A stretch of 63,238 bases of DNA, filler included, from Candidatus Rokuibacteriota bacterium (GCA_031406795.1; 10 parts of 10 records of this genome joined end to end with filler, not necessarily neighbours in it); one strand, 5' to 3'. Shown: positions 33,984 to 43,840, counted from the first letter of the whole stretch. The notes: generated by a model not told the origin, from the letters alone. A program made the numbers and translations.

Positions 33984-34235
33984 GGGCGCTGAAAAGGGCC
34001 CAGCTGCGGCGTTGGGCGAATCCCTCCTCACTGCGGCGCACCGAGTGCGCCTCATTCGTCGGGTCTTCGCCCGCCTTGCACCTGGACCCTTTTGAGCACC
34101 CTCTCCGCGACTGTTACGGGCGCTGAAAAGGGCCCATCTGCGGCGTTGCCCTCCTCCCGACTCACTGCGGCGGCCACCAGGCCGCCTCATTCGCCGGTCG
34201 TCAGGCGCCTTGCACCTGGACCCTTTTGAGCACCC
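33984..34235 (+). repeat. Two tandem copies of structured MITE-like family A (33984-34101, 34118-34235)
   Basis: Terminal inverted repeats GGGCGCTGAAAAGGGCCCA...TGGACCCTTTTGAGCACCC with nested internal stems. Confidence 0.88.
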
Positions 34236-34362
34236 TCTCCGTCCCGGGCGGGCTCACGAAACTCGCTCGTCGTTGTGGAAATCCGCATGCAGATGATGCG
34301 CTGCCGGCTGTCTGCATCCGGAACCAACTCGAAAGAACGCGTAGACGGCTAACGCGAGTCTG

Positions 34363-34490
34363 AATCGTCGCGGCGAGATTTTTCGTTCCGGCAAGGCGCC
34401 GCCGGAGTGAGCGCGGAGGCGTACTGCAGTACGCCGCACAAGCGAACGAGGTGGCAACGCCGCCGGGGCGGAAAAGATCCCGCGACGATC
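34363..34490 (-). repeat. Family A-related element in inverted orientation with different termini
   Basis: Core GCAAGGCG...GAGGCGTACTGCAGTACGCCGCA...CAACGCCGC enclosed by ATCGTCGCGG...CCGCGACGAT. Confidence 0.7.
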
Positions 34491-34827
34491 AGACTCGGCC
34501 GAAGTCGTCGGCGAGGCGCTCGATGTCGTCTTCGCCGAAATAGTCCCCGCGCTGCACCTCGATGAAGACCACGGCGAGCTCGCCCGAGTTGTGAACGCGG
34601 TGCGTGGCCCCGCAGTGGATGTTCACCGAATCGCCGGGGCCCAGCTCGACGTCCTGGCCGTCCACGCTGACCACCGCCTGACCGGCGACCATGTGCCAGT
34701 GCTCACTGCGGCGACGGTGGCGCTGCAGCGATAGTCGCTTGCCGGGATGGACGGTGATCCGCTTGACCTTGTGGTCGGGGGCATCCGCGAGAATTTCGTA
34801 GAAGCCCCACGGACGGTGTTCTTCCAT
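34489..34827 (-). CDS. Cupin, mannose-6-phosphate isomerase type II C-terminal-like
   Basis: RPWGFY, KRLSLQRHRRRSEHW, IEVQRGDYFGEDDIERLADD. Confidence 0.88.
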   Translation of the reverse strand: MEEHRPWGFYEILADAPDHKVKRITVHPGKRLSLQRHRRRSEHWHMVAGQAVVSVDGQDVELGPGDSVNIHCGATHRVHNSGELAVVFIEVQRGDYFGEDDIERLADDFGRV

Positions 34828-34866
34828 GTCCGACACGGTAGCACGGCAGCGCGCAAACAGACAAGA

Positions 34867-35074
34867 CCCAGATCCGCGCGTAACGCGCGGATCCAGCAGC
34901 AGAGGAGGCATTTCAACCGCCGAAATGCAGGATTTCTTGCAGGAAGCATGGTGTGACAGAGGTCAAGCATCGCTTGAAGCATGCATTGCGATCAGATATG
35001 AGCAACGACTTGGATAATCCGGACCAGGTGACAAGCCTGACTCTCCTGATCCGCGCGTTACGCGCGGATTTGGG
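34867..35074. repeat. Inverted pair of GATCCGCGCG-TAA-CGCGCGGAT palindromes (REP doublet-like)
   Basis: Palindromes at 34871-34893 and 35048-35069 in opposite orientations, with an AT-richer spacer of about 150 nt. Confidence 0.75.
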
Positions 35075-35089
35075 ACAAGATGCCCGGTC

Positions 35090-35119
35090 TTGACATACGG
35101 TAGGGGGGTACCCTATATT
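35090..35119 (+). promoter_or_regulatory. Sigma70 promoter with an embedded CsoR-type operator
   Basis: TTGACA-18 nt-TATATT; the spacer holds TACGGTAGGGGGGTA (TAC...G-tract...GTA), directly upstream of csoR. Confidence 0.7.
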
Positions 35120-35131
35120 CGTGGCGCGACT

Positions 35132-35416
35132 ATGGCGACGACAGAAGACGAGGTACGCGAGGGGGCGCTGGCCCGGCTCAACCGGATCGAGGGACAGGTC
35201 CGCGGCGTCCGGCGCATGATCGAGGAGGGCCGCGCCTGCGCCGAGGTCCTCCCGCAGCTGCGCTCGGTCATCAACGCCCTGTGTCGCGTCCAGGACCACG
35301 TGCTGCATCAGCACCTGCGCCGCTGCGTGCGCGAGAGCTTCGAGGCCGGCGTCGAGGAGCGCGACCGCAAGACCGACGAGATCTTTCTGTTGTTGAACCG
35401 CTACCGGGAACCCTAG
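35132..35416 (+). CDS. csoR: Copper-sensing repressor CsoR
   Basis: RLNRIEGQVRGVRRMIEEGRACAEV...HLRRC (Cys-His-Cys Cu(I) ligands); upstream of a Cu ATPase. Confidence 0.9.
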   Translation: MATTEDEVREGALARLNRIEGQVRGVRRMIEEGRACAEVLPQLRSVINALCRVQDHVLHQHLRRCVRESFEAGVEERDRKTDEIFLLLNRYREP

Positions 35417-35424
35417 GAGGAGTC

Positions 35425-35595
35425 ATGGAAAATTACGGTTGGATCGCCCTGCTCGCCGTCTGGGTCGTTTTCACGCTCGTGCGCGGCGGCAGCGGCGGCG
35501 GCTGAGGCGCCGCGCCCCGGGACCCCGGTCGGGGTCCGGCAACAGGATCGGCCGCGGCGAAGAAGTGCGGGAAGCGAGGCGGTGACGGTGCCTGA
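35425..35595 (+). CDS. Predicted 56-aa single-TM selenoprotein (Sec27); 26-aa peptide if UGA terminates
   Basis: AGGAGG RBS overlapping the csoR stop; [66 protein letters not shown]-like hairpin after the first TGA; second stop overlaps the copA start. Confidence 0.7.
35520..35537 (+). promoter_or_regulatory. SECIS-like hairpin
   Basis: GGACCCC-GGTC-GGGGTCC, loop starting 21 nt after the UGA at 35503-35505; same stem length and loop as the hdrA SECIS; no U-tract. Confidence 0.7.
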
Positions 35596-37870
35596 TCGGG
35601 AGGCAGCCGGCGCGCCGCAGCCCGTCCCCGCCGGCGGCCTGACCATCGCCGTCGGGGGGATGCACTGCGCGGCCTGCGTGGCCGCCGTCGAGCGCGCGCT
35701 GGAAAAGGTCGATGGCGTCAGCGATGCCCGGGTGAACTTCGCCTCGGGCAAGGCGAGCGTGGATTTCGACCCGCAGGCGGTCACCCTCGCCAGTCTGGAG
35801 GCGGCGATCCGCGACGCCGGCTACGAACCTCTGATCGAAGCTGCGGGCGCACCCGCCGGCGAGACCGCCGACCGCGAGCAGCAGACACGCCGGCGCGAGA
35901 TGGCCGCGCTTCGTTTTCAGTTCCTCGTCTCGGCCGTTCTCGGCCTGCCGCTGCTCTGGCTGGGCATGGGATCTCATCTGCAACTGCCGCTGCCGCAGCT
36001 CTCCAACGCCACGATGGCGCTGCTTCAGTTCCTGCTGGCGACGCCGATCCTCGCCGTCAACTACCAGTTTTACACCCGCGGCATCCTCGCCGTCGTCAAG
36101 ACCCGCACGTCGACCATGGACACGCTGGTCGCGCTCGGCACCGGCGTGGCCTGGCTCGATAGCGTCGTCGTCTCGGTCTTCATCTGGACGGGCCGGGCGG
36201 GCTATCACGCCCACCAGCTCTACTTCGAGACCGCCGGGGTCCTGCTGGCGTTCATCGTGCTCGGCAAGTGGCTCGAAGCGATCGCCCGCGGCAAGACCTC
36301 CGAGGCGATCCGCGCGCTGATGGGACTGGCGGCGCGCACCGCCGTCGTCGTGCGCGACGGCCTCGAAATCGAGATCCCCGTCGAGCAGGTGGCCGTCGGC
36401 GACATCGTGCTCGTCCGCCCCGGCCAGAAAGTGCCGGTCGACGGCACCGTGGTCGAGGGGCACTCCAGCATCGACGAGTCGATGCTCACCGGGGAGAGCA
36501 TCCCGATCGAGAAAAGCGTCGGCGACCGCGTGACCGGCGCCACGTTGAACAAGAGCGGCGCGTTCCGTTTCCGCGCCGAGCGCATCGGCCGCGACACCGC
36601 GCTCGCGCAGATCGTCCGGCTCGTCGAGCAGGCGCAGGGCTCGAAGGCGCCGATTCAGGCGCTGGCCGACCGGGTCGCCGCTGTCTTCGTCCCGGTCGTC
36701 GTCACGACGGCCTTTCTGGCCTTCGGCTTCTGGATGCTCGCGGGCTTCGGTTTCGCCTTCGCGTTCAAGATCCTGATCGCCGTGCTCGTCATCGCCTGTC
36801 CCTGCGCGCTCGGACTGGCGACGCCGACGGCGGTCATGGTCGGCACCGGCCTCGGCGCGAAGAACGGCATCCTGATCAAGAGCGCCGAGGCGCTGCAGCG
36901 CGCACACGCGGTGACGACCGTCGTCTTCGACAAGACCGGCACGCTGACCCGCGGCGCTCCCGAACTGACCGACGTGGTGGCCCTCGGCGACGTCGGCGAG
37001 GACGACCTGCTGCGCTTCGCCGCGGGCGTCGAGAAGCTCTCCGAACACCCGCTCGCGGATGCCGTGGTCCGGGGCGCGACGGCGCGCGGCCACGCGATCC
37101 CGGCGGCCGCGCACTTCAAGTCGGTCGCCGGCAAGGGGGTACGCGCGATGATCGAGGGGCGCGAGGTGGTCCTCGGCAACCGCGCGCTGATGAGCGAACT
37201 CAACTTCGACGTCGCGGCGGCCGAGACGCGGCTCGCGGCGCTCGAGGAGGCGGGACGTACGGCGGTTCTGGTCGGCGTCGCGGGGCGGCTCGCGGGGCTC
37301 GTCGCCGTCGCCGACACCGTCAAGCCTCACGCCCGCGAGGCCATCGACGCGCTGCGGCGACTCGGCAAGGCGGTCGTGATGATCACCGGCGACAACCGGC
37401 GTACCGGCGAGGCGATCGGCCGGTTGCTCGGCATCGACCGCGTGCTCGCCGAGGTGCGCCCCGAGGGGAAGGCCGCCGAGATCAAGGCGCTGCAAGCCGC
37501 CGGCGAGCGCGTGGCGATGGTCGGCGACGGCATCAACGACGCGCCGGCGCTGAGCCAGGCCGACATCGGCATCGCGATCGGGACCGGCACCGACGTGGCG
37601 ATCGAGTCCGGAGACATCGTGCTGATCCGCGACGACCTGCGCGACGTGGTGACGGCGATCGACCTCTCGCGCGCCACGATGCGCACCATCAAGCAGAACC
37701 TTTTCTGGGCTTTCTTCTACAACAGCATCGGCATTCCGATCGCGGCGGGCGCCCTCTACAAGCTCGGCTTCCTGCTCAACCCGATGATCGGCGGGGCCGC
37801 CATGGCCTTCTCCTCGGTCAGCGTCGTGACCAACTCGCTGCTGCTGCGGAGGTACCGCCGGCCGCTGTAG
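35582..37870 (+). CDS. copA: P1B-1 Cu(I)-exporting ATPase
   Basis: [44 protein letters not shown] and MAFSS motifs. Alternative GTG start at 35588. Confidence 0.93.
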   Translation: MTVPDREAAGAPQPVPAGGLTIAVGGMHCAACVAAVERALEKVDGVSDARVNFASGKASVDFDPQAVTLASLEAAIRDAGYEPLIEAAGAPAGETADREQQTRRREMAALRFQFLVSAVLGLPLLWLGMGSHLQLPLPQLSNATMALLQFLLATPILAVNYQFYTRGILAVVKTRTSTMDTLVALGTGVAWLDSVVVSVFIWTGRAGYHAHQLYFETAGVLLAFIVLGKWLEAIARGKTSEAIRALMGLAARTAVVVRDGLEIEIPVEQVAVGDIVLVRPGQKVPVDGTVVEGHSSIDESMLTGESIPIEKSVGDRVTGATLNKSGAFRFRAERIGRDTALAQIVRLVEQAQGSKAPIQALADRVAAVFVPVVVTTAFLAFGFWMLAGFGFAFAFKILIAVLVIACPCALGLATPTAVMVGTGLGAKNGILIKSAEALQRAHAVTTVVFDKTGTLTRGAPELTDVVALGDVGEDDLLRFAAGVEKLSEHPLADAVVRGATARGHAIPAAAHFKSVAGKGVRAMIEGREVVLGNRALMSELNFDVAAAETRLAALEEAGRTAVLVGVAGRLAGLVAVADTVKPHAREAIDALRRLGKAVVMITGDNRRTGEAIGRLLGIDRVLAEVRPEGKAAEIKALQAAGERVAMVGDGINDAPALSQADIGIAIGTGTDVAIESGDIVLIRDDLRDVVTAIDLSRATMRTIKQNLFWAFFYNSIGIPIAAGALYKLGFLLNPMIGGAAMAFSSVSVVTNSLLLRRYRRPL

Positions 37871-37894
37871 CCGGGGGAGCGCGGAGATCTCCTG

Positions 37895-38473
37895 ATGCAG
37901 CGCGCGCACCGAAGTTCGCTCGCCGCCGGGGCGCTGCTGATCCTGCTCGCGTGCGGCGGCGGCGCGTCGGCCACGGAACGTCCCGCAACGTGGGCGCAGC
38001 CGGTGCCCCTCGCCGGCGCCCCGAACCTCCACAAGGTCAGCGACACCCTGTATCGCAGCGCGCAGCCGACTGCCGCGGGGATGCTGAATCTCAGGCGGCT
38101 CGGCGTCAAGACCGTGGTCAGCCTGCGCGCCTTTCACTCGGATCGCGCCGACACGCAGAAGGCCGGCCTCGGGTACGAGCACATCTTCATGAAGACCTGG
38201 CACCCGGAGGCGGAAGATGTCGTGCGCTTCCTGAAGATCGCGACGGACCCGGCCCGCTCGCCGGTGCTCGTGCACTGCCAGCACGGCGCGGACCGCACGG
38301 GCACCCTGGTGGCGATCTACCGCGTCGTCGTGCAGGGCTGGACGAAGCGCGCGGCTATCGACGAGATGACCGGCGGCGGGTTCGGCTTCCACACGGTCTG
38401 GAAAAACCTGCCCCCCTGGATCGAGAAGCTCGACATCGCGGCGCTCAAGACCCAACTCGCGACAAGACAATGA
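37895..38473 (+). CDS. Exported tyrosine/dual-specificity phosphatase-like protein
   Basis: LYRSAQP, HCQHGADRTG (CX5R); signal/lipoprotein-like N-terminus LLILLAC. Confidence 0.85.
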   Translation: MQRAHRSSLAAGALLILLACGGGASATERPATWAQPVPLAGAPNLHKVSDTLYRSAQPTAAGMLNLRRLGVKTVVSLRAFHSDRADTQKAGLGYEHIFMKTWHPEAEDVVRFLKIATDPARSPVLVHCQHGADRTGTLVAIYRVVVQGWTKRAAIDEMTGGGFGFHTVWKNLPPWIEKLDIAALKTQLATRQ

Positions 38474-39312
38474 CCGTGAACGCCCGTCGCGCCTGGTCGT
38501 CCTTGTTCTTCGCACTGTGCGCCGTCACCGGCGCGCTGGCGCTCGCATTCACCGGGCGCGAGACGATCCACTGGCAGGAGTTGAGCACGCCGCTTCTGCT
38601 CGGCACCATCGCGCTCGCCGCAGCGGTGCTTCTGCACGCCTGGTTGACCACTTCGGCGAGGAACGCGCTGCTCTTTTTCCTGCTGGCGACCGGCATCTCG
38701 CTGGCGGCCGAATACGCAGGGATTCGCTGGGGTTTCCCCTTCGGCGCGCGATTCCGGTATCACCCGGACCTGCGCCTCCGGCTGTTCGGCCTCGTGCCGC
38801 TCTTCATCCCCCTCGCGTGGATGGTGCTCGCGTACATCCCCATCGTGCAGCTGCGGCAGTGGCCTCGGGAGAACCAGCGCCCGCGCCTGTCCATGGCGCT
38901 GAAGGCCGTCACGGCGGCCGCGATGCTGTGCGTTGCCGACCTCACGCTCGATCCTCTCGCCGTTGCGGTGGGGGCCTGGACCTGGGAGCAACCAGGCGCC
39001 TATTACGGCATCCCCGCGGGCAATTTCCTGGGCTGGCTTCTCGTCGGGTTCGTCATCTTTGGCTGTTATTTCGCGCTGGAGCGACCGACGGCCTCCCGCT
39101 CCGCGAGCGCCACCTTCGTCTACGACCGGCACCTCATCGCCGTGTCTCTGTACCTGATCGGCGTCGGGCAGCTCGCGCTGCTGCGGCACGTGCCCGGCGC
39201 GCACTGGATCACGTTGATCACCGTGGTGACGGTCGCCCCGGGCTTGTACTTCTGGGTGTCGCGTCGGCGCCAGGGGCCTCCCGAGCTTGACAGTCCGTCA
39301 CCCGACCCCTAA
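38470..39312 (+). CDS. CruF/DUF422 'carotenoid biosynthesis' family membrane protein
   Basis: AEYAGIRWGFPFG...GLVPLFIPLAW...DLTLDPLAV...WTW...YYGIPAGNFLGW. Confidence 0.75.
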   Translation: MTVNARRAWSSLFFALCAVTGALALAFTGRETIHWQELSTPLLLGTIALAAAVLLHAWLTTSARNALLFFLLATGISLAAEYAGIRWGFPFGARFRYHPDLRLRLFGLVPLFIPLAWMVLAYIPIVQLRQWPRENQRPRLSMALKAVTAAAMLCVADLTLDPLAVAVGAWTWEQPGAYYGIPAGNFLGWLLVGFVIFGCYFALERPTASRSASATFVYDRHLIAVSLYLIGVGQLALLRHVPGAHWITLITVVTVAPGLYFWVSRRRQGPPELDSPSPDP

Positions 39313-39405
39313 GGTTCGTCGGTGGAGAGCTCCGGATCGTCACGTCGCACCGACAGGGAGGCCGTTCATGACACCCACCCGCCCCATCGTGCGCGTGAAT
39401 CGGTA

Positions 39406-41646
39406 ATGGCCGCGGCGCGCGAACCCCTCGCCTTCTTCGCCACCTGCCCCAAAGGCCTCGAGGGGCTGCTTGCCGCCGAACTCGCCGGCTTCGACGCCGC
39501 GGAGATCAAGGAGACCGTGGCCGGGGTCGCCTTCACCGCCACCCTCGAGATCGCCTACCGGGCCTGCCTCTGGTCGCGGCTGGCGTCGCGGATCCTGATG
39601 ACCGTGCGCGTCGTGCCCGCGGCGGACGCCGCCACCCTGTACGCCGGGGTCCACGAGATCCCCTGGGAGCAGCACCTGGGCCCGGACGGCACGCTGGCCG
39701 TGGACTTCACCGGCACCAGCGAGCAGATCACCCATACGCTCTTCGGGGCGCAGAAGGTCAAGGACGCGGTCGTCGACCGCTTTCGCGAGCGCGACGGACG
39801 GCGGCCTTCCGTCGACTTGAGGAACCCCGACGCGCGCATCAACGTGCACCTGGCCGGCGCCGAAGCCCGCGTCTCGCTCGACCTCTCGGGCGAGAGCCTG
39901 CACAAGCGCGGCTACCGCGACGAGAGCGTCGAGGCGCCGCTGAAGGAGAACCTGGCGGCCGCGATACTGATCCGCGCCGGCTGGCCGGCGATCGCGGCGG
40001 CGGGCGGCCCCCTGCTCGACCCGATGTGCGGTTCGGGGACGATCACGATCGAGGCGGCGCTGATCGCGGGCGACATCGCCCCCGGTTTGCTGCGCGAATC
40101 CTTCGGCTTTCTGCGCTGGCCGCGGCACAACGCCCCTCTCTGGGAGCGGCTGCTCACCGAGGCCGGCGCTCGCCGCGAGGCGGGGCTGCGGCAGTTCCCC
40201 GCCATCGTCGGCACCGACCGCGACCCGTCGGCGGTGCGCGCCGCCCTCGCCAACGTCGCGCGCGCCGGCCTCACGGGCCGCATCCACATCGAGAGACGCG
40301 AACTCGCCGACACTGTGCCGCCCAAGAGCCGCTCCGGCGCCGCGGGCCTCCTCGCGACCAACCCGCCGTACGGCCAGCGCCTCGGCTCCGAGACGGAGCT
40401 GCGCCCGCTCTACGAGACGATCGGCGTCGTGCTGCGGGAGCGCTTCGCGGGCTGGAAGGCCGCGCTTCTCACCGGCAACCCGGGACTCGCGCTGCGCACC
40501 GGCATCCGCGCGACGAAGTCCTACACGCTGTTCAACGGCGCGCTCGAGTGCCGCCTGTTCATCCTGGAGGTGACGCCCGAGCGCTTCATGCGCGCCTCGA
40601 AACCGAAGACGCCCGCCGTCCCCGAGGCGGTGAGCGCGCACTCCGTGGGCGTGGATTCGAGCCCCGCAGCTCCTCTGAGCGGCGAAATCGCCGAGTCCCT
40701 CGCCAACCGCCTGCGCAAGAACCTCAAGTCCCTCGGGTCGTGGGCGCGTCGCGAGGGGATCAGCTGCTACCGGCTCTACGACGCGGACATGCCGGAGTAT
40801 GCGGTCGCGGTCGATCTCTACCGCGTGGATGATGAAGCTCCCGGTACACTCTGGGCCGTCGTGCAGGAGTACGAGGCGCCGAAGACGGTCGACCCGGAGA
40901 AGGCGCGCACCCGGCTCGCCGGCGCCGTGGCGGCGGTCGGCGCCACGCTCGAATTGCCGCCCGAGCGGGTCGTGCTGAAGATTCGCCGGCAGCGCCGGGG
41001 CCGGGAGCAGCACGAGAAGCTCGGCGACGAGCGCGAATTCCATCGCGTCGGGGAAGCCGGCCTCGCCTTGCAGGTGAACTTCACGGACTATCTCGACACC
41101 GGGCTCTTCCTCGACACGCGGCCGGTGCGCGCGCTGCTGCGCACGCTGGCCGCGGAGAAGGATTTCCTGAACCTCTTCTGCTACACCGGGACCGCGAGCG
41201 TCGCCGCCGCAGCCGGCGGCGCGCGCTCGACGGTTTCGGTCGATCTCTCGCAGACCTACCTCGGCTGGGCGGAGCGCAACCTGAAGCTCAACGGCTTCGG
41301 CGGCCGGGCGCACGAACTGGCCCGCGGCGACTGCCGGGAGTGGCTGCGCCGGGAGCGCCGCCGCTTCGGGCTGATCTATCTCGACCCGCCGGCATTTTCG
41401 ACCTCCAACGCGATGCGCGGGACGCTCGACATCCAGCGCGACCACGTGCCGCTGCTGCTCGACGCCGCCGGCCTGCTCGAACCGGGCGGCACGCTGATCT
41501 TCTGCACCAACCTGCGCCGCTTCAAGCTCGACGCCGCGGCGATGCCGGCCCTCGCCTTCGAGGACATCACCCGCGCGACGATCCCGAAGGACTTTGCCGG
41601 CAACCCCCGCATCCACGCCTGCTGGTCCGTCCGCGGAAGGTCCTGA
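39406..41646 (+). CDS. rlmKL: Bifunctional 23S rRNA m2G2445/m7G2069 methyltransferase
   Basis: THUMP region, SLHKRGYR, DPMCGSGT, NPPYG, DYLDTGLFLD, LNLFCYTG, DPPAFS. Confidence 0.95.
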   Translation: MAAAREPLAFFATCPKGLEGLLAAELAGFDAAEIKETVAGVAFTATLEIAYRACLWSRLASRILMTVRVVPAADAATLYAGVHEIPWEQHLGPDGTLAVDFTGTSEQITHTLFGAQKVKDAVVDRFRERDGRRPSVDLRNPDARINVHLAGAEARVSLDLSGESLHKRGYRDESVEAPLKENLAAAILIRAGWPAIAAAGGPLLDPMCGSGTITIEAALIAGDIAPGLLRESFGFLRWPRHNAPLWERLLTEAGARREAGLRQFPAIVGTDRDPSAVRAALANVARAGLTGRIHIERRELADTVPPKSRSGAAGLLATNPPYGQRLGSETELRPLYETIGVVLRERFAGWKAALLTGNPGLALRTGIRATKSYTLFNGALECRLFILEVTPERFMRASKPKTPAVPEAVSAHSVGVDSSPAAPLSGEIAESLANRLRKNLKSLGSWARREGISCYRLYDADMPEYAVAVDLYRVDDEAPGTLWAVVQEYEAPKTVDPEKARTRLAGAVAAVGATLELPPERVVLKIRRQRRGREQHEKLGDEREFHRVGEAGLALQVNFTDYLDTGLFLDTRPVRALLRTLAAEKDFLNLFCYTGTASVAAAAGGARSTVSVDLSQTYLGWAERNLKLNGFGGRAHELARGDCREWLRRERRRFGLIYLDPPAFSTSNAMRGTLDIQRDHVPLLLDAAGLLEPGGTLIFCTNLRRFKLDAAAMPALAFEDITRATIPKDFAGNPRIHACWSVRGRS

Positions 41647-41682
41647 GAAGGCCGCTTGATTCCGGTTTTCCGAAGAATTTAC

Positions 41683-41711
41683 TTGACGATCCTGCCGAGT
41701 CTCCCTATGAT
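41683..41711 (+). promoter_or_regulatory. Sigma70 promoter of the tRNA pair
   Basis: TTGACG-17 nt-TATGAT, ending 14 nt before tRNA-Val. Confidence 0.75.
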
Positions 41712-41725
41712 CCGCTGCGTGACTG

Positions 41726-41801
41726 GGGCGGTTAGCTCAGCTGGGAGAGCATCTGTCTTACACACAGAAGGTCACAAGTTCGAGCCTTGTACCGCCCACC
41801 A
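41726..41801 (+). tRNA. tRNA-Val(TAC)
   Basis: GGGCGGT/ACCGCCC acceptor stem, anticodon arm TCTGT-CTTACAC-ACAGA, GTTCGAG T-loop, encoded CCA. Confidence 0.97.
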
Positions 41802-41818
41802 GCTCGAGGGAAGAATGC

Positions 41819-41895
41819 GGGGCCGTAGTTAAGTTGGTTATAACGCCGGCCTGTCAAGCCGGAGGGCGCGGGTTCGAGTCCCGTCGGCCCCGCCA
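41819..41895 (+). tRNA. tRNA-Asp(GTC)
   Basis: GGGGCCG/CGGCCCC acceptor stem, CCGGC-CTGTCAA-GCCGG anticodon arm, GTTCGAG T-loop, encoded CCA. Confidence 0.97.
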
Positions 41896-42057
41896 ATCTT
41901 CCCGTGCGATGACAAGCACTTACGAGCGATGACGGAACGCCTGTAACCAAATGGCCANNNNNNNNNNNNNNNNNNNNNNNNNNNNNNNNNNNNNNNNNNN
42001 NTTAATTAATTAANNNNNNNNNNNNNNNNNNNNNNNNNNNNNNNNNNNNNNNNNNNN

Positions 42058-43382
42058 CCCGCTTTCTCGAAGACCTGAAACGTGCACCTACAGATCCCCG
42101 TACGCGCACTATTAATGCGATGTTCAAACACGTCATGTTGACGGCACAGGAAATCAGCGACCTCGGACAGGAGCAGGCGGCGCAGGCGCGCATTCAGAAT
42201 CAACAAGTAACAGCCGAGATGATTGCGAGGGACCAGGAGCGCAAGGAGGCGCGGGCCATCAAGCTCAATTCGGCCTCGATAGATATTAGTAAGCGGTTCT
42301 CCGACTGGTGGTCGCAGCGCCGTCATAAAATTCGGTATCACGCTGACGGCGACTACTTCCGAATATGGGTTGCGGACGATAAGCGGCCAGACGTGGAAAT
42401 CGAACTTGAATCTCGCAGCAAGGGCTTTCAGTGGTTTTTTTCGTTCTACCTTCTGTTCCTTGTAGAATCCGAAGGTGGACACAAGGACGCAATTCTATTA
42501 CTCGACGAGCCGGGTCTGGACCTGCATCCAACCGCGCAACAGGAGCTAATCGCGTTTTTCGAGAAGATCGCCGGTGCCAACCAACTTGCATATACAACGC
42601 ATTCGCCGTTTCTCATTGATGGCGAACACCTGCACCGTGTCCGGCCCGTCACTGAAGATGAAACCGGTCATTCGCACGTCAATACCGAGACATGGCCTAA
42701 AGACCGTGAAACCATCTTCCCCCTGCAGGCCGCCGCCGGCTACGCCATGGTGAGGGGGCTGTTCCAGCACAAAAACAATGTCCTCGTTGAAGGCATGAGC
42801 GATTACTATTATCTGCACGCGCTTTCACATCAGTGCCAGACGACTGGCCGCACCGGGCTTCCTGATGACATTTACATCACGCCCTGCGGTGGAACGAAGT
42901 ATGTAGGCCACATCGCTTCACTGTTCTTGGGCCAGGAGGTTCGGCCCTTGGTGTTTCTCGATGGTGACCAGGCGGCTCGCGCGCGACGCGACGCCCTCAT
43001 CAAGGAGCTTTACGCAGAGCATCGGACTTCGATCCTGATGCTCGATGACGCCCTCGGCCAAACGGGCGCACACGTTGAAATCGAAGATATCCTTGGCGAA
43101 ACGATTTTGCTCCCCGCCGTCAACACCGTCTTGGACAAAGAATTGAAACTCTCCGACGCCGACCGAAAGGACGGAAGTTTACCAGCCCAGATCAAGGCAG
43201 CCGCGAAGCGCCAGGCAATAGAACTGCCGGAAGGGTGGAAGGCTTCCGTTGCTATTCACCTTGTGTCTGCATGGGCTGAGAACAAGACCATCTTGCCCCC
43301 TGATGTTCTTGACCGCGCGGCAGCTGTGCTGACCGCTATACGCCAGAAATTCGACATCGTGTCAAAACGACTTCGCGATTAA
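42058..43382 (+). CDS. OLD-family ABC-ATPase/Toprim nuclease (5' truncated)
   Basis: SKGFQW signature-like motif, LLLDEPGLDLHP (Walker B), TTHSPF, Toprim LVEGMSD and FLDGD; markedly lower GC than the rest of the window. Confidence 0.8.
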
Positions 43383-43840
43383 TGTGAAGATCGAAAGCTA
43401 AATTATTCTGCCGCCAAGAACGTTTGGGCAGAAAACACAGGGAATCATGATCTCGTGTCCATTGTGTGGGTTAGCCGAGTATGTTAAATAACACGAAGGC
43501 ACTGAACCCGCCCGAGACCTGAGAGAACCGCGAATGCCACCCTCGTCAGCAAGTCAGCCCGGGAACAAGAGCGCTCCCGGCGATGTCGTGACAGGGTGAG
43601 ATGCCGGTTCGCGGCCTGCCTGCCATCTCTGCGGGGGGAGGAACGCCATGAACCTGTCGGAGCCCCGGCGGCAGGCCTTGACAGGCTCCCGCCCCGGCCC
43701 GAGAATCGCGCTGAACGGTGTCCGGCCGCAGCATCAGCGCCGCGGTCGCCCGAGACACCGTCCGAGGGGGATGCGCGCCCCTTTGCGAAGAGGCCGCGAT
43801 CCATCTGTTCCGAGTCGCCAATCGACAAGGAGGAACCGGG

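Noticed and set aside
35520-35537. Hairpin as an intrinsic terminator
   Set aside because: No U-tract follows, it lies mid-operon before copA, and it matches the hdrA SECIS geometry.
43500-43840. Moco/Wco riboswitch upstream of the molybdoenzyme operon
   Set aside because: The leader is long and GC-rich, but I could not identify the consensus; an Infernal search would be needed.
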